NCBI GenBank assembly: GCA_033763455.1
Contig: JANRKO010000016.1
Location: 32,001 to 96,000, forward strand
Length of the DNA: 64,000 bases
Direction of reading: 5' to 3'
From: Polyangiaceae bacterium
Lineage (GTDB): Bacteria; Myxococcota_A; Polyangia; Polyangiales; Polyangiaceae
Both the position numbers and the translations under genes were made by a program. How positions within the stretch are numbered: position 1 is the stretch's first letter; every line of letters begins with the position of its first letter. Below the pieces are notes generated by a model. The model made no database searches. It was not told where the DNA came from and saw only the letters and a program-made list of their open reading frames with translations. This document shows, in pieces, positions 46,991-54,686 of this stretch.

Positions 46991-47998
46991 TTAGATGCCT
47001 ACAGCCCGGCGCACGGCACTCATGCGATTCGCGGCTGTTTCGCGGGCATGATCGGCGCCCAGAGTGAGCACTCGCTCTACTTCACCCAAGTCTTTTTCAA
47101 GCTCCACACGGCGCGCACGGAAGGCGTCAAAACGTGCATGAAACAGCTCCAAGAGCTGTTGCTTGTAGTGGCCGTAACCTTTGCCGCCCTCCCTCCAGCT
47201 GGTGTCGATGGCTGGGAATTCTGAGGGCAGCGCGAGCAACTTCAGCAGGTCATACAGCGGGCTTTCCTGGGTGGGCTTGGGAGCCTCCATGGGCGTTGAA
47301 TCCGTCTTCATGGTCATGATGGCCTTTTTGATCGCGGCATCAGTTCCAAACAGGTCGAGAGTGTTATTGTAAGATTTGCTCATCTTGCGGCCGTCAGTGC
47401 CCGGCACCACCGCCGTGCTCTCCAAGATGCGGGGCTCGGGCAGCTTGAAGATCCCCGGAGCTCCGCTCTCCTTGCCTGTGGGATCTGCTGGGTCGTACTT
47501 TGGCACGAAGGCTACGTTGAATTTTGTCGCCCAATCGCGCGTGAATTCGACGTGTTGCTTCTGATCACGCCCCACTGGAACCACATCTGCGTCGTATAAG
47601 AGAATGTCCGCCGCCATGAGCACGGGGTACGCAAACAGCCCAAAATCAGGGCGAATCGAGTTCGCCAGCTTGTCTTTATAGCTGTGCGCACGCTCCAAAT
47701 TGGAGATAGGCACGAGCGACCCGAGCACCCACATAAGCTCAGTATGTTCTCGGACATCCGACTGACGGAACAACACCGACCGCCCTGGATCCACCCCGAA
47801 CGCCCACATCGTGAGCGCCACATCTAACGTTAACTCGCGGAGCAGCTTCGCATCTTGGATCGTGGTGAGCGCGTGCAAATTAGCGATAAAGTAATAGGCT
47901 TCCCCCTGATCTTGCAGCTCAACAAATTGCGCAATGGCGCCAAAGTAGTTCCCGAGGTGCTGGCGTCCGGACGCCTGAAGGCCGGAGAGAGTGCGCAT
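46991..47998 (-). CDS. trpS: Tryptophanyl-tRNA synthetase
   Basis: HLGN, YPVLMAADIL, VPVGRDQ.QH, KMSKS. Confidence 0.96.
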   Translation of the reverse strand: MRTLSGLQASGRQHLGNYFGAIAQFVELQDQGEAYYFIANLHALTTIQDAKLLRELTLDVALTMWAFGVDPGRSVLFRQSDVREHTELMWVLGSLVPISNLERAHSYKDKLANSIRPDFGLFAYPVLMAADILLYDADVVPVGRDQKQHVEFTRDWATKFNVAFVPKYDPADPTGKESGAPGIFKLPEPRILESTAVVPGTDGRKMSKSYNNTLDLFGTDAAIKKAIMTMKTDSTPMEAPKPTQESPLYDLLKLLALPSEFPAIDTSWREGGKGYGHYKQQLLELFHARFDAFRARRVELEKDLGEVERVLTLGADHARETAANRMSAVRRAVGI

Positions 47999-48039
47999 GG
48001 CAGGGGGATCTAGACGCCCAGCTCACGCGCCGCAATTGG

Positions 48040-49917
48040 CTAGCGCTTGAACCATTTGTCGAACACGCTTTTCCCCGGTTCCCGGGCGCCTTTGGGCGGG
48101 TGGCTAGAGCGCCGCATCTCGTACAGCCGAAGCTCACGCGTGGCGTCGAGATGGTTCGGGTTGATCTCGACGATGTGGCGGAGATCAGAGCGGGCCAAAG
48201 TATCTCGACCCATGCGCTTGTAGAGCTGCGCTCGGTACCAACGCGCTCGAACGTTGTTCGGTTCCTTCTTGATGGCGCGCGAAAGGCGACTGATCTGCTC
48301 GGTGACGTCCGAGCGGTCGCTGCGGAGCGCTTCAAGCCAGGCCAAGAGCGCCTCGTAATCGGCTTGATCGGGATCGCCTTCAACAGCGGCCCTGGCCTCT
48401 TTTTCGGCAGCCTCTAACGCATTCTTCTTGAGCAAAACTTCCGCGCGCTGAAAGGCCATGGTAGCTCGCAATACAGCTTGCACCTGCTCCTGCTCGTCCG
48501 CGCTTCCACCACCTGTACTTAACACCTGATCGTAGTCGGCGCGGCGGTTCGTATCCGAAAGGATCTGATGGGCTTCGGTGATGCGCGAAAAAGCCTTGAC
48601 CGCAAGCTCGCGAACGTCCTCGAACTCAGGGCCCAAGCGATCCGGGTGAAAACGCTTTGCGAGCTGAAAAAAGGCCGCTTGCACCTGGGCGGAAGCCGCA
48701 TTCGGAGCTACGCCCAGCACGTCGTAATACGTCTGCCCGCGGCTCGTGGCGCGCTCCACGAGCTCTTCTTTGCGGGCGCGCAACTCAGGGGGATCATTGG
48801 GGTTTGGCACGAAAACAACGGGCGGCACGGCGCTCGTTACTCCGCCTGGGGTGAAGCTCGGCCGCGACGATGCCGAATTGGCTCTGGGCGTTTGGGGTTT
48901 TTCCGGTGCCCTAGATGGCTGTGCCTTGGGCGGGGCGCTTGGCGGCTGCGGCAACGTAGTGCTCGTGGATGCCGGCGAACTTGAGCTCGGTTGCGGCGCA
49001 CGTGCGCGGGGTGGAGCCAAGGAAACACTGCGCCCCTGCCAGTTCGCGGGCGGCGGCGTGTCGGGAGGAGCGCTATCCGGACCGCCAGGAATGCTTGGCA
49101 TCGAACTGCGCACGGGCTCGGCCACGGGCATGCGCGTGGAAGATTCTTCGTTTCCTTGAACGCCAATGGGTGGGGGCTGCGCGGGCCCAAGGTCGAGCTG
49201 GCGAGAAATGGCGAGCACGTAGATAAGCCGCAACACCAAATCCGTAGGGGCCATGTCGCGGGCCATGAGTTCAGCCAAAGATTGCGGCCTCACGCGCAAA
49301 ACATCGACGACGGTGCGCTCAGTGTTGTCGAAGTAAAAACGACCCAGCTGCGCCTCCTGGTGGAGCCGGATCGCGGTTGGTCCGAGGCCGGAACACACCG
49401 CACGCACCGCTCCTTCGTCACTGTGACCGCGCACGCCCCGCCAGATCAGCGCCAGCGTCTTGGCGTGGGGGTTATCTGTGCCCCCAAAACGCTCCAGATA
49501 ATTCGTGCCTTCGTAAAATCCGAAGGCCGCTTGCGGTGGGAGGGTAAACATCCACAGTACTTTCCTGTGGAGCTGCTCCCGAAGCGCAGAACGCAACTTC
49601 GCTTCATCGAGCGATTGCTCCGCAATCAAAACCTGCCCATGCAGCTTCTGCTCACGGGCCGCCCGGTGCAAGGCCCGATCGCAGCGGGCTATCTCCACCA
49701 GATTCAAATCAAGCAGCACGTCCCGCAGGTATGCAACCGGAGCAGAGGTGCGCGCTTTTTGGGCCAACCCACGATCGAAGTAGATCGCGCTTTTCCCCCC
49801 GGTCGGCTCCTCGAGCACCAGGGTGCCCGTAAGCCGCCGATCCAAAATGTGGATCAGCAGGTGGGCGAGCGGGGTTTGGGCGAGGGTGCCCGAGGCCATC
49901 GGCCTAGGGGTAGTCAT
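48040..49917 (-). CDS. DUF4388-like / J-domain / TPR protein
   Basis: GTL...LTGTL N-terminus, YYDVLGV..HPD J-domain, C-terminal TPR. Confidence 0.82.
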   Translation of the reverse strand: MTTPRPMASGTLAQTPLAHLLIHILDRRLTGTLVLEEPTGGKSAIYFDRGLAQKARTSAPVAYLRDVLLDLNLVEIARCDRALHRAAREQKLHGQVLIAEQSLDEAKLRSALREQLHRKVLWMFTLPPQAAFGFYEGTNYLERFGGTDNPHAKTLALIWRGVRGHSDEGAVRAVCSGLGPTAIRLHQEAQLGRFYFDNTERTVVDVLRVRPQSLAELMARDMAPTDLVLRLIYVLAISRQLDLGPAQPPPIGVQGNEESSTRMPVAEPVRSSMPSIPGGPDSAPPDTPPPANWQGRSVSLAPPRARAPQPSSSSPASTSTTLPQPPSAPPKAQPSRAPEKPQTPRANSASSRPSFTPGGVTSAVPPVVFVPNPNDPPELRARKEELVERATSRGQTYYDVLGVAPNAASAQVQAAFFQLAKRFHPDRLGPEFEDVRELAVKAFSRITEAHQILSDTNRRADYDQVLSTGGGSADEQEQVQAVLRATMAFQRAEVLLKKNALEAAEKEARAAVEGDPDQADYEALLAWLEALRSDRSDVTEQISRLSRAIKKEPNNVRARWYRAQLYKRMGRDTLARSDLRHIVEINPNHLDATRELRLYEMRRSSHPPKGAREPGKSVFDKWFKR

Positions 49918-50027
49918 GTGTGGGTGCGGAGCCTAGCACCGCCATTAGAGTTTGGGGCACTGATTACGCCCGAGGGCCTGAGTTGGCGAAGGTAGTAATT
50001 GCTGCGCGTTTCCGTTAATTTGCACGG

Positions 50028-51407
50028 GTGAAGCCTGGACACGTATTGGTTGTAGACGACGAACCGTCGATTCTGACAACCCTTCAGGCCACGCTGAAAC
50101 TGGAAGGTTTTAGTGTAGATGTAGCAGGTGGCTTGGGGGTAGCCCGCCAAAAGCTTCTCAAAGGGTCCTTCGATACCGTGCTGCTGGACGTAGCGCTCCC
50201 CGACGGCAACGGGGTGGACCTCTTGGAGGAGCTACGCGCCCAAGGCAACGACGCCACTGTGATTATGATGAGTGGCCACGCCACGATTGAGGCCGCTGTG
50301 CGGGCCACACGGCTTGGGGCGCACGATTTTCTCGAAAAACCGCTCTCCACCGACCGCTTGCTCATCATCCTTGAGAACGCACGGCGGCTTCGGCGTGCTG
50401 AAGAAACGGCGCGTGAGCTCGCCGCGCAAGCCGGGCACTTCGACGAATTGCTGGGCGCGAGTTCGGTGATGGTGAGCCTACGTGATCGGATTGGGCGCGC
50501 CGCACCTGCCACCGCCAGCGTGCTCGTTACCGGCGAGCGGGGCACGGGAAAAGAGCTAGTAGCTCGCGCCATTCATCGAGCTTCCCCGCGCGCACAAGGG
50601 CCGCTTGAAAAGCTCAATTGCGCAGCGGTACCGAAGGAACTCATCGAAAGCGAGCTCTTTGGGCACGAAGCGGGAGCTTTTACAGGAGCCACGAAGCAAC
50701 GCCAAGGGAAGTTCGAACGCGCCGATTCTGGCACGCTCTTTCTCGACGAAGTGGGTGACATGCCACTGCCGATGCAGGCCAAGCTGCTGCGCGTCTTGCA
50801 AGAGCGTGAACTTGAGCGCGTTGGTGGCTCAAAAACGATCAGTATAGACGTGCGGGTGGTGGCAGCAACCAATAAAGACCTTCAGAAAGCCTGCGAAGCT
50901 GGTGACTTTCGTGCAGATCTGTTGGACCGCCTGAACGTTTTGCCTATTGCGCTTCCGCCCTTGCGCGCCCGCCACGGAGATATTCCCGTGCTGGCTGAGC
51001 AATTCCTGCGGCAGGCACGCCAGGCGAATAATCGCCCCGGCGTGACGCTCAGTGAAGGAGCCATGCTCACTCTTGGCCGACACTCCTTTCCCGGCAATGT
51101 CCGCGAGCTGAAGAACCTCATCGAGCGCCTCGTTATATTAACACCCGACGACGAGATCCAAAGTCGCGATGTGGAGGAGGCGCTGGGTGTGCGCGGGCCC
51201 TTGGGCGCCGGAGGGTTGTATCAGCCTGGGGTTCCATTCAAGGTGCTTGCCGAGCAAGCAGAACGAGCGATCTTGGAAGAAGCCCTGGCTCACCACTCCG
51301 GGCAAATGGCCGCCACTGCGAGGGGGCTCGGGCTTGAGCGAAGCCACCTTTACAAGAAGGCCAAAGCACTCGGCCTGCGCGGTGCGGCAGAGGAAGAGCC
51401 CGAATAA
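50028..51407 (+). CDS. sigma54-dependent response regulator (NtrC/NtrX family)
   Basis: REC (VVDDE, LLD, MSGH, EKP), GERGTGKE, GAFTGA, FLDE, PGNVREL, Fis HTH. Confidence 0.95.
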   Translation: MKPGHVLVVDDEPSILTTLQATLKLEGFSVDVAGGLGVARQKLLKGSFDTVLLDVALPDGNGVDLLEELRAQGNDATVIMMSGHATIEAAVRATRLGAHDFLEKPLSTDRLLIILENARRLRRAEETARELAAQAGHFDELLGASSVMVSLRDRIGRAAPATASVLVTGERGTGKELVARAIHRASPRAQGPLEKLNCAAVPKELIESELFGHEAGAFTGATKQRQGKFERADSGTLFLDEVGDMPLPMQAKLLRVLQERELERVGGSKTISIDVRVVAATNKDLQKACEAGDFRADLLDRLNVLPIALPPLRARHGDIPVLAEQFLRQARQANNRPGVTLSEGAMLTLGRHSFPGNVRELKNLIERLVILTPDDEIQSRDVEEALGVRGPLGAGGLYQPGVPFKVLAEQAERAILEEALAHHSGQMAATARGLGLERSHLYKKAKALGLRGAAEEEPE

Positions 51408-51420
51408 GGCGCGGCTATAC

Positions 51421-53058
51421 TTACTTGAGAGCCGCGGCGGCCGCCGCAAACCTGCTGTCGATCGCAATCCCGAAAATTCCCAGGCACATTTCATCAAGTG
51501 TGGCTTCACCCAAACGCACGTCCACCGGAGCCTTCAACCCCTGAGAATCGAGCGCCGCAGGAAGGAAAGGATTGCCAAGGGTGTTGTCGAACGTGCAACG
51601 CAGCCCGATTTCGTCCCCAGGGCTCAGCGTCGGTAAATTCAAGAGCGGGGCATCATAGAAATAGGCGCCTTGCCAATTGAAGTCCCAATTCGGAGTTTGC
51701 ACGAGGCATTCATCAGCCGGCTGAGAAGCTGTGGGCGCAGGCCTGTGAACGTCGATCTTCATGTCACGGCCAACATAGTGCATGTGCGTGCCCGCCCCAA
51801 AGACGTAATACTTGGCGCCGAGGGCTGCCGCTTGGGCACCACCGGGCAATACGAACTTTTGGGTTTCGGTGTGGTCTTTAACGCCAGCCGGGATCAAAAA
51901 TTCGGGATTCGGGCCAGAATCATTGGGCCCGGGCAGCAAGCCCGAACCGCCAGGCATGGCCCCTCTGAAGTTACCAATGAGCGCCAGTTGGCCGGTATAT
52001 TTGGGTTCGGTGGTCACCCAGCGCAGTGCTACAGCGGTGTTGTTGTCCATTTCGGTCCCATTGCCAGTGGGGTGGTAGTGGATCTGCATCACCAAGTGGC
52101 TGCCCGCTTTGACGGGAATACCAACATCCGGCGGCATTTCGGCTGCGGTGGCACCCGGTGCCCAGGCCGAAAGCAGCGAACTTCCGGATGTGCCCGCACC
52201 GCCCAAACACTCGTACTGGCCCGCCGAGCCGGCTTTAGCCACAGATTCTCCGTTTGGATCATCAAACACCAACACGTGGTGCACCACGGCTTTGTTGCCG
52301 GCAATCACCTGGGTGCCAGTGAGCCACACATCTTGAGCCAGCTTCGGATCCAGCGGAAAGCAGATGAACTTGTCGTTTACTCCACTCACGCTAGCGGTGG
52401 CTTCCATTTTCACGGTGGCATTGGCATTCGCCAGATCTAAGCTTGCCATCGGCGGAAGCGGGGCCGCCGTATTCGGATCGCCCGCTTGCATTCCCATATC
52501 GACCCAAGCGTGAAATAGGGCTTTTTCTTGCGCACTTAGACGGCGGTCGTTCTTGAATCCGAAGCGCGGCTGGCATTCGGCCGTGGAGGCTTGGCCCCAG
52601 GGGGGCATGGCTCCCGAATCAATAGACGGAAGCAGCGTGGGGCCCCACTTCTTGGCATCCTCGTAACTCGTGAGCGAAAACGGCGCGATGGAGCCCGCCT
52701 GGTGGCAGCCCGTGCACTTGGCGGTGATGATGGGCGCCAAGTGTTGATAATAGGTGATGGTGCCACCGGGTAACACCACGGGGGAGCCTCCAGCCGCAGA
52801 TGCTGAGCCGCCCGAACCGGACGGTTGAGTGCCGGGCGCACCACCTACACCAGTAGAATTCGTACCACTAGGATTCGGTGCCGTACCGCCGCTGGCTAAC
52901 GTTCCGGTGCCACCGGAGCCCACAGCACTTTCTGAACCCCCGCTTGCGCCTCCTTGCGTAACAGCGTTGCTACAGGCCACCAGAGCCAACAAGGACGCAC
53001 CACCACTCAACCGCGCAAGAGGCCGCAACACCATGCCTACCCTAATAGCAGAAACCAT
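51421..53058 (-). CDS. Lipoprotein: cytochrome c (CxxCH) plus copper type II (PHM/DBH-like) monooxygenase
   Basis: LVAC lipobox, CTGCH, VVHH, QIHYH, THMH, WDFNWQ, DEMC. Confidence 0.82.
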   Translation of the reverse strand: MVSAIRVGMVLRPLARLSGGASLLALVACSNAVTQGGASGGSESAVGSGGTGTLASGGTAPNPSGTNSTGVGGAPGTQPSGSGGSASAAGGSPVVLPGGTITYYQHLAPIITAKCTGCHQAGSIAPFSLTSYEDAKKWGPTLLPSIDSGAMPPWGQASTAECQPRFGFKNDRRLSAQEKALFHAWVDMGMQAGDPNTAAPLPPMASLDLANANATVKMEATASVSGVNDKFICFPLDPKLAQDVWLTGTQVIAGNKAVVHHVLVFDDPNGESVAKAGSAGQYECLGGAGTSGSSLLSAWAPGATAAEMPPDVGIPVKAGSHLVMQIHYHPTGNGTEMDNNTAVALRWVTTEPKYTGQLALIGNFRGAMPGGSGLLPGPNDSGPNPEFLIPAGVKDHTETQKFVLPGGAQAAALGAKYYVFGAGTHMHYVGRDMKIDVHRPAPTASQPADECLVQTPNWDFNWQGAYFYDAPLLNLPTLSPGDEIGLRCTFDNTLGNPFLPAALDSQGLKAPVDVRLGEATLDEMCLGIFGIAIDSRFAAAAAALK

Positions 53059-53099
53059 GCCGTCCCGACGGCCTCTAGCAGAGCCTGATTGAGCTGTTT

Positions 53100-53684
53100 T
53101 CAGGGGCCGGGGACCACCGCGAGCTCGTAGAGACGCCAGTTGTTCTGCCCGTGGTTGTGAACGTGGAGATACACTGGGTCGCCCTTTTCTAGCGGCGCCG
53201 TAAGGATCTCCTCAAACGCGAATACGTCTCCGCGGCCCGGAATCGCAACGGTGCGCTCTGCGATCACCCGGGTTCCGATCAGCACCGCCACGTGGCCCTC
53301 CGCGGGCTCCGGCGCCGTGAGATCGAAGTACAGGATCCTTCCCAACACGCGGTCACCCACCTTGCCAGCGGCAAGCGACGGTTGGCTAATCATCAGATAG
53401 TTGCAGCGCCCAGTGTCTACTTCTACGTACTCCGCCTCAGGGCCCCAACTGGTTAAATCATCGCATGAGACGGTCGCCGGACGATGAGTCGCGAGAGGAT
53501 CGGCGGTCACCTCCACAACCCTCCACAGCTGATGATCGATGAGAGACGCGGCAGTTGTTGGTTGAGCTTCAGAAGCCACCGAAACGCTCGGCTCGCCCCC
53601 ACAGCGGCTAACAGCTAACACGAGCCCAAGCGAGCTCGCGCAACGAGAAAGCCAGCCGTTTGGAAAGGTAGGGTGGAGGGGCAT
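53100..53684 (-). CDS. Hypothetical lipoprotein with C-terminal HVHNHG motif
   Basis: Hydrophobic stretch then C-GG; beta-rich body; LHVHNHGQNNW. Confidence 0.65.
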   Translation of the reverse strand: MPLHPTFPNGWLSRCASSLGLVLAVSRCGGEPSVSVASEAQPTTAASLIDHQLWRVVEVTADPLATHRPATVSCDDLTSWGPEAEYVEVDTGRCNYLMISQPSLAAGKVGDRVLGRILYFDLTAPEPAEGHVAVLIGTRVIAERTVAIPGRGDVFAFEEILTAPLEKGDPVYLHVHNHGQNNWRLYELAVVPGP

Positions 53685-53699
53685 GAGTGAGCGGGCTGC

Positions 53700-53715
53700 A
53701 GCAAGTCTTGCGCCA
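53700..53715 (-). promoter_or_regulatory. sigma54 (-24/-12) promoter
   Basis: Minus strand TGGCGC-AAGAC-TTGCT, one mismatch from TGGCAC-N5-TTGCW. Confidence 0.7.
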
Positions 53716-53765
53716 TTTTTGAAGCGCTCCAAGGAAACTGGCGCAATCTTGTTGTAAGCTATGCT

Positions 53766-54686
53766 GTGGTCGGCCTGCCAAAGTTCAGCCCCCTCTTGCT
53801 TTCGCTGGTGCTTCACGCTGGCGTTGTTGGCACAGTGGCATCGCTCGAGCCGCGGCCAACTGACAATCGCCTGCCGAGGGACCACTGGGCAGGTGCCACG
53901 CTTTTCTCAGTGGATCTGGTGGTCCCGCAGACCCCCCAACCGACACTAGCGCCGCCTCCGGCCTCACAGGCGCCAGAGCCTCCGCAGGGACCCGAGCCTT
54001 CAATACCCGGACCTGCAAGGTCCACACCCGCGGCAATCGCGCCCTCCGAGCACACAACACGCGTTGCTGCCCCCAATCCGTCTTCGTCGGATAACGCTCT
54101 CCCTCACTTCACCAAACCACGGCATTCTGCTCCGAAGCCCGCCGTGACCGCAGGCGAACCCAATCCGAGCGCCCCTGAAGTCAGCGGCGAGGCGGCGACG
54201 AGTGCTTCCGCCGCCAAAACTTTCGGAGGAGACGATCTACCGCCAGGCGTGAGAAGCCTTGCGAGTGCCGTCACTCGCGCCTTGCCAAAGGCAGCCGAGC
54301 TCGATCCGGTTTGGTTCGACTTGCCACTAGGCGACCTCGGAGAAATCCGCGTCGAGTTTGTCACCAGCGACGAAGGTGAGCTCCTGAGCTCAAAAGTGCT
54401 GGAGGTACCGCCCGCCAGAAACGCGCTAACGCGGCTTCTGGAGCGCACCTTCCTGTTCCTAAAAAATGGTCGATTTGCGGTCGATCCAGCCCACTTGGCA
54501 GCAGGGTCGCAGACCATCAAAATCCGCGGCCAGCTCACACAACGCGGCGGCAACGACAACGAGCTTGCCGAGCCCCAACACACATTTGTTTTGCACCAAG
54601 AAGCTCCAACACGCTCCAAGCCCGGCCTTGCTTACGTGACCTTCAATTCGGGGCGCCACATCGCATTTGTGATCGAGTTGGAATAA
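53766..54686 (+). CDS. TonB/TolA-like protein
   Basis: N-terminal TM with S-x3-H (SLVLH), Pro-rich linker, GEIRVEFVTSDEGELLSSKV TonB_C-like strands. Confidence 0.55.
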   Translation: MVGLPKFSPLLLSLVLHAGVVGTVASLEPRPTDNRLPRDHWAGATLFSVDLVVPQTPQPTLAPPPASQAPEPPQGPEPSIPGPARSTPAAIAPSEHTTRVAAPNPSSSDNALPHFTKPRHSAPKPAVTAGEPNPSAPEVSGEAATSASAAKTFGGDDLPPGVRSLASAVTRALPKAAELDPVWFDLPLGDLGEIRVEFVTSDEGELLSSKVLEVPPARNALTRLLERTFLFLKNGRFAVDPAHLAAGSQTIKIRGQLTQRGGNDNELAEPQHTFVLHQEAPTRSKPGLAYVTFNSGRHIAFVIELE

